Assembly: GCA_951406725.2 (NCBI GenBank)
Contig: OX597832.1
Span: 6,262,001 to 6,326,000, forward strand
Origin: Octopus vulgaris
Taxonomy: Eukaryota
Reading direction: 5' to 3'
Length of the DNA stretch: 64,000 nt
Below the pieces are notes generated by a model that worked only from the letters and a program-made list of their open reading frames with translations, ran no database searches and was not told the origin of the DNA. This document shows positions 28,030 to 41,341 of the stretch, one piece after another. Position numbers and translations under genes: made by a program. The first letter of the stretch is position 1, and every line of letters begins with the position of its first letter.

Positions 28030-30864
28030 TATTGTATAAAAGGCAGAGAATGAATTAGGTGGGATTCTGGGCAATAATAATTTACAAGGTAAGTTGTGAA
28101 CATGACAAAGTATCAAAAGCATTGATAGATGAATGCAGAAAAGGCACCTTCATTGCTGTAGCCATTTTCTGAGTTCTGGATGGAAAAATGATAATAAAAG
28201 GTATCTACAATAGAAGTAGACCAAAGAAGACTTAATAGACTTCAGATTACTGTTAAATGGATGAAGTATCAAATTTCAGGCTTAAACCAACCTATGCTAT
28301 TGTGGGGAAAATGGATACAAAACTGCTATTGTTGCTGATTATTTACAATAGGTTGAAATTTAAGCAATTTGTTATGATGTGAGGTAAACAAAAAAAAAAT
28401 GGCTATAAATTTAAAAATTATTAGATATTCAACAAACCCCAAAAATTCATTGGTTTTTGAAATGCAGGTATACTACTATAATCTCTGATGTTATTTAGTC
28501 ATTCAGTACACACCATATTAAATGTTATAAGAATATTACTAAAAATAGTAATGAGGGACTAAGGTCCCAGTATTTCTGAAAATAACCTGAGCATTTATAA
28601 TACAAATGTTCAGAGAGCTAGCCAGCCAACTGGTCGCCTATCACTTAAAAACAGTAACCTTTTGATAGTTGTTGACACTAAATGCTTCCCTGGTAAGAAA
28701 TGTACTTTAGAGTACTTTAGAGAAAGATTCAAAACAAAAAAAGGCAGTAGTCAAGAAAATGAAGTTCTTTAAAGATCCTTTCAAACTGCATCAATAAAGA
28801 TGAGAAAATACACAATTATAACAAAGAAAACAGTTTGCTGTTCCTAAAACACAAACTGCTCAAAGTCACTGAGCAATTTTATGAATAGAGTACAGTCCTG
28901 AGAAGGTGAACAGGTGACACAGCAATGGAAATAGTGCAATGGAGAGAGCTATAAGAGCTAAGTTACAAGAAAGTATTGATTATAGCAAAGAGTAATAACA
29001 AAAAACAAAGCAAGAAGCAAAATTTCAGCCACAAAACCTAGCCGCAAGTGTAGAGCATTCTGATGTAGAAAGCATTTTCCGTATGTATCAAAAAATCTGA
29101 AACACTGGTGCACTTGCCATCAGTGTCAAAAGAAAGATGTATGGAAATATTACAATGAGAACTTGCTGAATAAAGGTTAGACTGATATAGTGGGGAATTA
29201 CACTAAACCAAACCAACAAAAAGGCCATAACTTCCTTATAGTTAATAAAGCTGTTATGTAAATGAAGACAAGGAAATCAGTGAGGATATCATGGATAGCT
29301 GATGAGATTTTGAAAGTATCAAGCTATGATAGTCAAAGGGTAACGAATCGTTTTGTAATTAGGTTGTTTATGATTGGCATAATATTATCATGAACAGATA
29401 CAAGCATAAAGAACACAACTTTTAGTCAAAGTGCAATAAGTGTGCAAACAACGCGGAGGATTGTCTGGCATACTGTCACAGATTCAAGACTTCCTAATGC
29501 ATTAGATTACATGTCAATGGCAAAATATGTGACACTGTTTCAGTCATTCAGCCTAACCATAAATAAAACTTCCATTTCAGTAAGGCTCCAGTTAAAAATT
29601 TTCACACAAAAAAAAGAAAAAAAATGTACTAGTCCATGCAAATGGCAAAAGATCTGCTAGGAAGTGCATGTAAAATCAGAAAAATGCATGAGAATTGAGA
29701 AAAAAATGTTGACATTCATTACTTTTCATTGCAATTTTATTATAATGAAGAAAACTTGCGACAGTTACAACCATCTGGTCTTTAAGGAAAGATAAAAGTC
29801 AGGAAGATTGGAGAGAAGTCATGAAACTTTAGACAACCACCAGTCTTTCAGTATCCCAGCAATCAATTCACACTCTTCAACACATTTTGTGTGTAGCAGT
29901 ATACTACTTGTTCAACTGGTGGATTTTTTATATTTATCTATTTTTGATCTCTCTCTGGACCATCTTCTGAAGTCAGTGTTTAAATACTTTGCAAGACAAG
30001 TTTTAATGCAACAATTATTTTAACTCTTAAAACTCATAATTCATGCATCTCTATAGTGAAAGGCTACTATGGAAACAAGCACTCATTCGGAGATCCTTCC
30101 TCTTTCCACAACCTTCCAGCACATCTTCCTATATAAACTCAGATATCCATATTATTTATTAATTTGATGCATTTAATAATTTAAAAATAATATTCGTTAA
30201 TGGATAATATTTAAAATTTATAACAAATTATAGACATTGCATAATATACAATTACAAATAACTAAACCGGGAATTAGAAGTTAGTGTATTATGATATCTA
30301 AATATTGCATTTTAATCTATCTCCAGTGCATGCAAAATTTTCAATGTGGCTCAAAATAATAAAACAGTATTTGAACAATCAACACATTACATTAAGATGA
30401 TGGCATGTGTTTATGCTATTATTTGCTGTACTCATCTATTCAGTGAATAGGGAAGCTGGAAGGATGTTGAACTTGGAATATGAAAATGTTCTCTAGATGA
30501 CATTTCAAATACTTCTTTCCCTTGAGCATTATCAAAAATATTGTTTTCCAACTGACTTCTGTTGTCAACATTTTATAAAAGAATCCATCTCATTAAGTTA
30601 CACAGCACAGGCAAATAAAAAAACCTAAATATTCCATAGTATGAGTAACTTTAATGAATGGTGAATGAATGAATGTGCATGTGTGTGTGTTTGTGTGTGT
30701 AAGTATGCATAGTTACACACTATCATACATACACATTTGCTCACATACACACAAAAAGTGGTTGATTTGAGCTCACAACCTGAATATGTAGTGATACCTT
30801 TTCTTACTCAGGTACCACAGTATTCAAAATATGTCTTACATACTGCTAACTGTAATCTGTATAT

Positions 30865-31084
30865 TTAACCCTTTAGCATTCAGATTGCTCCGTCAAATGT
30901 AATGCTTATTTATTCATATTGTTTTGAATAAATCATGCATAATTTCGTAGCTTCGATGTTTCAATGATGTGAGTGCTTATTTTTAAAATGACAATGAAGC
31001 AAAAGTTATGAGAAATTGAATCTGGCCAGTTTGAACATAAAACAAAATATTTTGGTTGGATATGACCTTTTAAATGCTAAAGGG
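30865..31084 (+). mobile_element. TTAA MITE, family 2
   Basis: ttaaccctttagcattcaga...taaatgctaaaggg; right-hand TTAA is lost. Confidence 0.8.
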
Positions 31085-31181
31085 CCATTTATAAACATTC
31101 ACAGAGAAGAACTCCACTCCATACCCCACAAGTGTTTATAGTGATGCATACACAAACATTAGCAGATACAGTGTATATACA

Positions 31182-31208
31182 TGTGTGTGTGTGTGTGTGT
31201 GTGTGTGA

Positions 31209-31273
<65 letters not shown>
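31182..31273. repeat. (TG)n(GA)n microsatellite
   Basis: Direct inspection. Confidence 0.95.
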
Positions 31274-31277
<4 letters not shown>

Positions 31278-31724
31278 TAATTACAATGTTTAAAATCTTT
31301 AACTATTCTGATCTTGACCAAAATGCTGAGATGATATTGCTAAGAGAAATATATAGTTTTTACACTGTTAAAGTTTATTCAAGTTTCTGTGTTTCTGTCA
31401 GGGTGAAATTACAAAGAATAGCCCAAAATAGTGGTCACACTTTACAATTCCTATAACTGTGAAATTCTCTATCCTGAGGTAGCCTTAAAGTAGGAGATGC
31501 ATGTACATTGTTGATTAAGAATTGTCATGCTGGAAATACAGACTTCTAATTTCCAACTCATCTGTTAGGGAAATAAACACAATTAGATTCATTCAGGATA
31601 CAGATATCTTGTACCTGCTATTAGTGTTGCACATCGATATCTTAATTATCTCTTCCAGCTTCTTTTCCATTAAAACACAATGTTTAAATTTTATTTACAG
31701 ATAAATGTATAATTATATGCTTAC

Positions 31725-31822
31725 CCAATTCCTGCAACATCTGAAACCATGTTCCCAAGACCTGCAGCAGCCATTGTAGAGATACCAAGTAAGGAACCAA
31801 AAGTTGCATCAATATATTCTCC
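31725..31822 (-). CDS. TMEM65: TMEM65 coding exon (98 nt), GEYIDATFGSLLGISTMAAAGLGNMVSDVAGIG
   Basis: ctttag|GGAGAA...ATTGG|gtaagc; conserved GISTMAAAxLGNxVSD motif; phase 0 in, phase 2 out. Confidence 0.97.
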
Positions 31823-34149
31823 CTAAAGACAGAATTTTAAAATGTGTTATAAATGTTTTATAATGAAAGAAATAACAAGAAAAATATTTGTCACTAGTCA
31901 TGAAGTTTAAGATTTATAGTAGAATGGAAGTGAAGTAGTGATGTTCATTACTTTCACAAAATCTTTGATGATATAAGTGAAAGAAAGTGAAAAAAATTAC
32001 AAGCTGAAACCTAAGTTTCTGATTGCTGACAGCAAGCTACAATATACCCTGTAGTTCTGATCACTAAATATTTAGAAATGTGTTGATTACTTTAAATAGG
32101 AAGTTTGTCACATTTTGTAAAGGAAGGTGATTCATTTGAATTAACACCAATACTACACTGATATTTCTTTGTGCTGATCTGGAAAGTTGAAAGGCCAAGT
32201 CGACAACAGTGACATTTTAACTCAATGCAAAAGTGAAAAAATAAACACCAGTTGACAGAAAAACTGCAATATTTCAGCAAACTCAATCTTCTAGAATTCA
32301 CAAGAGATTAATCAATTATCATAGTTTTCCATCCTTTGACTACCAAGATATGACAACAATTGTGTAACAGTAGCAAACAAAGCCAGTTAGTATGATCAAA
32401 TATACATTCATTACAGTAGAGAAATTAATGAAATGTACATGATGGAGTTATAAATGTCAATTAATTGCTAAATGAAATATAATGTTTCCTAGAGAGACTA
32501 ACATCTATGAAACACCTTTGGACTTCAATGTATAGATCAAATGAATCTTTAATCACTTAGACAAATAGCTCACAGTTGGAGGAAATTCTACACATCAATC
32601 ACCCAAGTGTGATGATGGCACCTGTTTTGAATTAAATGCATTTTGCCTAAAAGTATGATACAATGTCACTGTTTGAACTCCTGATCTAGTGTTCAAAAAT
32701 TAATCCACTTGAATCCTTAGTAACAACTTAATTCATTAGTAAATAATTCATTAATAAAAAGATGGTTTAAATAATTTCTGCCAGAGAATGAACACAATTT
32801 TTGTCTATGTATCTACATAGAGAAATAGTCATTAAATCCATGGAGAGTATAAAATGAGATTTGGGAAAACGGACCAAAACAAAAGAATAATGTTCAGAAT
32901 GCATTTAATTTATATAACATGTAAACATAAGCTAAGAGATAATTCGATTTATATACATTTCTACAAAAACTAATATTTTCAAACTGATTCAAAACAAAAT
33001 TTCTTAATCAAATAATTTATATCTCCAAATTTCCATATTTTTGTACATGGTTTATTTATTTCTATTCCTGCTCTATAACCTCAGCTCAACTCTATGCAGA
33101 CCTATAATATGCAGGTAGATAGTCAACTAAATTTGATTCACAAATCTACTTTCTTAGAGTACATACCATATCTCTGCCTGCTTGTGTTCCACATAGCATT
33201 CAGCCACATGCAGTGAAGCAGTGCAAGCATATTATATTTGCATTCATCCCACTGTCCAGTGTGTTTCTATATATTTGTAAGATTTTGTGGAAGTTACAGT
33301 ATATAGATATTTAAAGATTAAATTAAATAACACTCGACAGCCAAATGAGATGAGCTGAGAAAAATTACATTTTAGAGCCTGAAAATTATTCAAAACCAAC
33401 AAGTTCACATTTGAAAATGTTTATTTTATATATAGTGTTTATATATAAGTATAAATAAACATTTATTTGAAAATAAACTCTTATTTATTAAAGAAAGCAT
33501 TTTCTAAATTTATTTTGCAGTTTAACTCTTTTTTAAAAAAAAAGTTAAAATAATCATGTCTGTATCATATACACCACTGAAAGCAAGTTTTCCTATATAT
33601 CAGAGGCAACAAATCTCATCTTGGCAAGTTGCTGGCTATGAGTACACACCATCAATAAGGTGCAACAAAGCAAAAATGCATCAGGCGTTCTCAGTAGTCA
33701 CTGCTAGGATGATTTTCATCTCCCACCAATATATAGTATTTTCAAGTACAGCATGTCCATAAGGGATGTTATCTCTAGCCAATATTGCAGTAACTCACCT
33801 TTCAACAATGTATTCATATGAAGAATGATATGCAAAGGCTATTTTAAATTAGAGTATTTTAGTTTGTATAGAACAGATTTTGAAAAAGTATTTTAGCTTG
33901 TGAAATATCTAACTATCTTCTGGTGTCCTTATGCCATCATTAATATTTTATCATATAGTATGTCAGATTGACATATTAGGTCTTTCAGTCTTTAGTTATA
34001 GCTCAATATGAATATCCATTCATTTATACAATTGCTCACAGTGGTAAATATTCCTTTACTAAAACACAATCAACTCTAGATGTATTTTGAAACAATTATT
34101 TTTTTTTTATTACGGCAAGTGACTTGATCTGAGATCATGTACTGAAACA

Positions 34150-34417
34150 AAAACAATTGTAGCATGGAAGATGCTTCTAAGCCATTTAAGAACACACAAA
34201 AAACCATTTGGTTCACTTCAACATTTAAATTCAATTCGTGTCAAAATACTTTCGTTGCTTTGAAACTGCAACCTGTTCACTGTCAGTGAACAGATAGCGG
34301 TTTGAAAGCAACAAAAATATTTTGACACGAATTGAATTTAAATGTTGAAGTGAACTTTATGGTTTTTTGTGTGTTCTTAAATGGCTTAGAAACATTTTCC
34401 ATGCTGCAGTTGTATTT
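34150..34417. repeat. Near-perfect ~265-bp palindrome centred at 34283 (probably Penelope-like terminal repeat)
   Basis: Arms are ~90% complementary by manual alignment (about 11 mismatches in ~122 bp), 1-nt spacer: ctgttcactg-t-cagtgaacag. Confidence 0.95.
34239..34285 (-). ncRNA. Candidate minimal type I hammerhead-like motif, G3-C8 core variant
   Basis: Minus strand: ugaca-GUGAACA-g-GUUGC-aguuucaaa-GCAAC-GAAA-guau-UU-ugaca. Stem II perfect, stem I 4/5 paired, short quasi-palindromic stem III. Confidence 0.5.
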
Positions 34418-34904
34418 TCTTTTATATTTTTGTGATAAATTTGTGCCAAAGGATTTATGAGATAGAAAATTATTACTTTCCTGCTTTTCATCATGGACAG
34501 TAGCATATATTAGAACTTGAGAGATTTATATAAGAATACCATTTTCTGGAAACACTGCCTCTCCTCTGCAACAGGTTAACGGACATTAATCCATTCTTCT
34601 AAATATTTTAATTATTCTCAGTCACAGGCATAATTCCAATTTATGCTTCCTTCATCATATTAAACCTTTCTTAATTCTTAATCAATACACTATTTGCATT
34701 AAATAATAAATGAATAACAGAGATTATATGTATTATTTCTAGCTATTACATGTAACGGCTATCTAAATACAAATACCCTGTCTCAGAAATGACAAAGCAA
34801 CATTAAATATTGTGGTTTTAATTTTTCAAGTTGGTATCAATTCAAGAAATAAACTTTTTTTTTTACATTAGTCATAAGACTACATATGTTCTAATCAGGG
34901 CAGA

Positions 34905-35255
34905 TTAAGGAGCTCACATTGCAAACATGTGGTTCTAGGTTCATTCCCACTGCAAAGCATCTTGGGCAAGTGTCTTCCACTATAGCCTCAGGCAAACCAA
35001 CGCCTTGTGAGGGAATTTAGTAGACAGAAACTGTATGGAAGCCTGTTGTGTGTGTGTGTGTGTTATTGTGCTTGTCCTATGCCACAACTATCACTTGACA
35101 ACCTGACAACTGGCTTTGATTTGTTTACATCCCTGTAACTTAACAGTTCAATAAAAGAAATTGATAGAATAAGTACTGGGTCAATCCACTTGAGTAAAAT
35201 CCTTCAAGGTGGTGCCTCAGTATAGCTGTAGTTCAATGACTGAAACAAGTAAAAA
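34905..35255 (+). mobile_element. tRNA-headed SINE (family A), nearly full length
   Basis: B-box-like ggttcattcccac, cttgggcaagtgtcttc core, internal (TG)n, 3' end aatgactgaaacaagtaaaa. Confidence 0.75.
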
Positions 35256-35902
35256 AAGAAATCAATCTCACAACCGTTAATGAAGATGGTTTTCTAACCA
35301 GTATGACTAGACAAATTAAAGATTGAAAAGCATTAAAATAAAGTGATTTAAGAAAGATAAATCTTAAAAGGATATTTCCTCTAAATATTTACCTTGGAGA
35401 AAAATATTTAATATCTAAATACATTAAATTTTGAAAATAATATTTGTTTTAGTGTTAATTGAAAAAGAAAATATTATGAAAACTATATTTATCTTTATAT
35501 TTTTGCAATACATTCTTTGAATTTTAATCAATATATATATATATATAAAATGTAATAACCTATGATGGTGTCACTCTAGTAGTCAAAATACTTTTAATGT
35601 ACTTAAGATGTATTATTAGCTGAAACTTTTTAAAGTCATTTTTACAGATTTCCAATAGTAATTACAGGCAGCACTGAAAGTTATGTTTCGTATACACATA
35701 CATCTGTGTAAAAAATGCAACTGAAGATAGAAAAATAGGTGATGGACATATATGCATATTTCAAGAGTTCTCGGTCCTTCTTCTGCACTACATCCACCCC
35801 ATTAACCATCCATGAACATTGCTTAAATAGCTACCAAATACAGAGGTGTAACACAATTGGATAGACCAATTTTATACAATACACACATTCTTGATAACTG
35901 GT

Positions 35903-37157
35903 ATCATCATCATCATCGTTGTTTAACATCCATTTTCCATGCTGGCATGGGTTGGACGGTTTGACTGAGGACTGGCAAGCCAGGAGGCTGCACCAGGTTC
36001 CAATATGATTTGGTAAGGCTACTACAGCTGGATGACCTTCCTAATGCCAACACTCCAAGAGTGTAGCGGGTGCTTTTTATGTGCTACCAGCACGGGTGCC
36101 AGTCAGGAGGAACTAGCATCAGTCGCACTCAAATGGTGCATTTTATGTGCCACTGGCACAGATGCCAGTCAAGCAGCACTGACATCAACCACAATTACGA
36201 TTTCCCATGATTCAATAGGTCTTCACAAGCCTGACAATTGAAGGGTGCTTTTAAATGGGCCAGTTATGCAACACTGGCATCAGCCATGACTACAATCTCA
36301 CTTGGCTTTCCAGGTGTTCTCAAGCACCGCATATCTCCAAAGGGCTCGGTCGCTTGTCATTGCTTCTGTGAGGTCAAACGTTCAAAGGTCATGCTTCACT
36401 ACCTCATCCCATGTCTTCCTCGGTCTACCTCCACCTTCAGTTCCCTCCTCTATCATCATTCATACAAAACACATTACCATACCAGCACAGTTGTCTCTCT
36501 TGCACATCACATCTGATGCTTCTTAGGACACTTACATTCTGTCATGTATGTCATGTAACACTGACATTACACATCCAGCAGAGCATACTAGCTTCATTTC
36601 TTTCAAGCCTATGCACATCCGCAGCAGTCAGAACCCATGTTTTACTGCCATGTAGCATGGTTGTTCACACACAGGCATCATACAGTCTACCTTTCATTGA
36701 GTGAGAGGCCCTTTATTACCAGCAGAGGTAGGAGCTTTCTGAACTTTGACCAGGTTACTCTTATTCTAGCAGCTACACTCTCAAAGCATCCACCTCCACT
36801 ACATACTTGGTCACCTAGGTAATGGAAGCTATCAACTACTTTTAGTTTTTTCCCCTGGCATGTGATGGAATATGCTTTCTGTACATCTTTGGTGTTTATT
36901 GTACCTGTGCATCACTACACACAAAAACTATCTTCTCAGTTAACCTTCCTTTGATATTGCTGCACCTCTTATGTGTTCATAGCTTACACCAGAGACATCT
37001 TATGGAGCTTCTACCTATGTCTTTTCTACAGATTGAGCAGGGCCATCTACCTAAAGGGATTTGTAATTTATCTGCCTTCCTACTTACTAAGATTTTGGTT
37101 TTTACTGTGTTAACTCTAAGCCCCTTCAGTTCTAGACCTTGCTTCCACACCTGGTAG
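35903..37157 (-). mobile_element. 5'-truncated RTE-type LINE (RT C-terminal part, Cys-rich insert, 3' UTR, (GAT)n tail)
   Basis: WKQGLELKGLRVNTVKTK..RWPCSICRKDIGRSSIRC, FHYLGDQV, and MLHGS-type motifs with stops; tail at 35903-35917. Confidence 0.9.
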
Positions 37158-37686
37158 GGACACTGTGCCTTGTTATGAAACAATAATATGCACCAAGTAT
37201 AATAAAGGCTTGTAAGTTAATACTGTGCCCCATCTGTGTTAGCAGTGGGATTAAACTACTTTTTAAAATTATTTTTACCTATTTTTTTTTATCTATTGAT
37301 CGCCCTGTTTACATACATAAATTCGCATGAGAAATGTAACTTTCAGTGCTGGTGATAATTTCTACAGAAATAACGTTGAAAAGTGATTTAATCACACTGC
37401 TAACACAGTTCATAATACAACAATATTCCAACTAATTCAATAAAAAGGATTCTGAAACTAGAAAGTATAATTTTTTTTACTTTATTTCTTCACATTTCAT
37501 TGTGTAAATATTGAGAAATTATACATAACATTTTTATTTATGATGTAAAACAACTTGTTCTTACAAGGCTTGCTTCATATAAGAATCACTGAAGGCAATA
37601 TTGAAAGAAAGAAATGAAAATATTTGCAGCAAACTGGAATAGAGATAACAAAATGCTGCTTTCAAAGCATCATCCATAGTACTCAC

Positions 37687-37754
37687 CGCAACTATCATTA
37701 AAACATTGTCCAAGAATCCAAAACCAACAAATGGAAGAGCATTGTGTATAAATA
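37687..37754 (-). CDS. TMEM65: TMEM65 coding exon (68 nt), FIHNALPFVGFGFLDNVLMIVA
   Basis: tttcag|TATTTATAC...GTTGCG|gtgagt; carries the characteristic TMEM65 motif PFxGFGFLDNxxMIxAG; lies inside ORF 37561..37833. Confidence 0.97.
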
Positions 37755-37849
37755 CTGAAAATATAAATGGAGTAGAATATAAAATTTTACACATCTTTAA
37801 CCTGATTAGCTCAACAAAATATAATAGTTTCATTAATTGTTAGAAAATG

Positions 37850-38030
37850 TGCAGACATGGCTGTGTGGTAAGAAGTTTGCTTCCCAACCACGTTTCCAGA
37901 TTCAGTCCCACAGCATGGTAGCTTGGGCAAGTGTCTTCTATTATAGCCCTTTGGCCAACCAAAGCCTTGTGAGTGGATTTGGTAGATGGAAATTGAAAGA
38001 AGTCTGTGTATGTGTATGTTTATTTGTGGC
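37850..38030 (+). mobile_element. tRNA-headed SINE (family A), 5' half
   Basis: catggctgtgtggtaagaagtttgcttcccaaccac...gcttgggcaagtgtcttc...gtgagtggatttggtagatggaaa. Confidence 0.8.
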
Positions 38031-38561
38031 TGCTTAAGTATATTTTAACAGGCAAAAATAGAGGTATGTTGCCTATAAACAAAACAGTGTTTTTGAGGAA
38101 CATCAGCTGATTTTAGGAAAATAAAATATGGTAAGCACTACTGAAACCATTACTCACTTACTTATAGATATTAAACAAACACCATAGTAAATGTCTAAAA
38201 GTTATGTTGTTATTACTGGTTTGTATTAACATTAAGCATTTTTCTCTAATATATTCATTGCTTGTTCAGAATCTAACATCAAAAACATTATTTATACGAC
38301 ACATAAAAACAGTACAAAAAAAAATTATGCCAGCATATTTACTCCTCAATCCTTTGCACATACCATTCAAGATCCTCTCCCTCTCTTTTACAATGTCACA
38401 TTCTGACATTTTCATTCTCTCTATCTCGCTCTTTCTCATCTGTTAGTTCTTGCTCTTATCTTTTATCAGTGGTTTCATTTTAGTTGTTTTATACTCGATG
38501 TATCTCTCACACACATCTCTTGCTCCTTGCTTCTTCTATTTTCCTCTCTCTCTCTCATATA

Positions 38562-38605
<44 letters not shown>

Positions 38606-39667
38606 ACAACATATTCCAGTTAAAACTGCCCATCAGTTTTTTTTATTTTTTTCATTTTTATTTATAGCATACATAACATCAAAACTGAAATTAAAAACGC
38701 AATATGCCAGATAAGAAGAACCAAATAAATGCTCCATCATAGTCTTAGTTGTAATGATTAAAGATTGAAGAACAAACTCAATAAATACCATAAAAAAATT
38801 TAGAAAATAATAAAGTAAACAAGTTGCAAAAAACCCGTTTAGGGGGAGAATAATGTTGCATTACCAAAGACTGAATCTCTGGTTTGACTTTTACCATATT
38901 TTCAGGAATGCACACAAAATATTGTAGGTAAGGTATATTAACCATCTCAGCCAGAAAGAATAGTACAAAGACTAAATTAATGTGAAATGTCCAAACCAGG
39001 AATAAAAATTCACATCACAAATATGGTTTTCTAGGAACTTACCACAACTCTAAAACATAAATGCAAAGTAAATAATATAACAGCACAATGAAGAAAAGAA
39101 ATGCTGCTATAGAGTTCTGGCCAATCCATTAGGCTGTATTTTGTAATCGATTATGCACCGTCACTGAATACTCACTTTCAGAAGATAGAAAATAAAAAGT
39201 CTACACATCTTGTAGTACATAAAAATCACATATGGCAAGCACCAATCATGACAGCATCTCCACTGCATTTCCTTCACCTGTTCTGTTTTTTAATGTTTTT
39301 TGTTGTTTTTTTTTACTGCCATGTGCTTCTTTTGTTTGTGAATTATCCATCACGCCTCTAATTCATCCTCTTTCTTACTACCTACATTTGGCACACAGAT
39401 GCATGTATTTATGATAAAGGAGCACAGTTTATATCAATTGTTCTTTTTGGTCTTTTTTTTTTATTTCTATTCCTAAGTATATACTTATTTAACAAGTATA
39501 AGGAATTCAAAAAGTACATACAATTTAACAAGTTTCCCAGATTATCAGTGGTACATATTGCATCAATCCCAAAATGAGTAAATTTAAATCAAACTGCTTT
39601 TAAAAAGAAATTGGAACCAATGGTCAATGGTTAGTGCCTAACTATTGGTCCCCCAAACTATTTAGAA

Positions 39668-39895
39668 CAGTGACTCTCAATCGAGGTCCTTATGTCCCTT
39701 GGGGGTCACTATAAGGTTTTTTGTTAAAATTTATGAGCAATAAATTGTTTATACTTCAACTGCAAAACACCGAGTATTTTAACAATTTTTGAAATACAAT
39801 TCCTAATGATACTTAATAATAAAAATACAATAGGATTTTTTTAAACTTCAAATGACAATAAGGGTCGACCAATAAAAAATGGTTTAGAACCACTT
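39668..39895. mobile_element. hAT-type MITE with 8-bp TSD
   Basis: Ends cagtgactctcaatc / ggtttagaaccactt; flanks atttagaa / atttaaaa (7/8 match). Confidence 0.75.
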
Positions 39896-39934
39896 ATTTA
39901 AAAGAAATAATTTCATAACAAAACAAAATGATAA

Positions 39935-40147
39935 TAATCCTTTCTACTGGAGGCACAAGGTCTCAAATTTGGTGGAAGGGGCCTAGTCAATTTTATTGAC
40001 CCCAGTGTTTCACTGGTACTTGATTTATCAACCTTGGAAGGATGAAAGACAAAGTCAACATCGGTGGAATTTGAACTCAGAAAGCAGACAGATGAAATAT
40101 CGCTAAGCATTTTGCCCAGCGTGATAACAATTGTTTGGCTCGCTGCC
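39935..40147 (-). mobile_element. Nin-domain-type SINE (family B)
   Basis: ggcacaagg...actggtacttgatttatc...ggatgaaagacaaagtcaac...gaatttgaactcag...ctaagcattttgccc. Confidence 0.75.
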
Positions 40148-41341
40148 AAACAAAATAATAATGATATACTGTGCTAACATAAAGACTAAATGCACCTTGT
40201 ATATTGCTCAGCTAGTCAGCCTCCAATACTGTATTCACTACATTCACAAACATTATATGTGTGTGTCTATATATTATATATATTATGCAAGATGTATAGT
40301 AGAAAAGTGAGAAACTTAAAGTAATTGTAAATGAAGTAAAAATTCAACTGGAAAAATGAACTGAATATTCTTAATGAAGGTTTTAAAATGACAAAGAAAA
40401 AAATTGTAATAGGCAGTTTCAACATTGAAAGGTATAACAATGATCTTTAACAGTTTCATTCATTAAATAAACTCCAATGTCAATGTGCTAGAAGGAATTC
40501 AGTAGGTGTAGCAATCAAATTTATTGTTTCCTAAAAGGTTTGTTGACACATTTGCACAAAAATGTTGTAATTTTGTATGATTTGTGTCCCATATTTGTTT
40601 TGTTGCATTCTAGCAGTTGTGTGTATATGCATCTACACACGCAATGTAATATATATACAGATTGATACACTTATACAGGTAAATAGAAACACTGCATTAT
40701 TGTCAGTTCTTCTGAAAGACATCTATGTAATTTATTTTTAACAATCAAATAACTGATGAAAAAAAAAATTATTCTTTTATAAACTAGCAAGAATTCAGGT
40801 AAAGTGTTTTGAGTTATAATAAAAATCAACAATAGGTTAATTGAAGTGTAATAGAGGTGAGTTTCTGGATATTATGACTAGTATTAAATCCATTATGAGG
40901 TTTCTTAGAAATTCACTCGAGAAGTTTTTTGCTTTTCTTTCTAACAGCATGCATCTCTGTGTATTCTCTCTTAGTTAACTTTATTTACACCTATAACATT
41001 AAATGTATGTAGATGGATGAATAACTGCTCTATAGAATCCCTTTAAATACATAAGAATCCCTTTAAATACATTAATAAATCAGAGTTCAATTAGTCTGTA
41101 TGTTATGGAACTGAATATAAATCTATAATCTTTCCAGCACTGTATGATTTAAAGAATGGGGAAAACTGCATTCACTGAATACAAAAAGAACATTGCACTA
41201 GATAATTATTTATTTCCTTTGACCCAGTTTTCAAATTCCACTATCATCACTACCATTCTTCTCCCTCTCTATTTGTCCAAAACCTTTGATGTGTGTGTTC
41301 CAATCTCAAGCTCTATTTCACTATGTGAGAGAAAGTATAAA

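Noticed and set aside
37850-37930. tRNA-like sequence
   Set aside because: Head of a SINE with no complete cloverleaf; not a tRNA gene.
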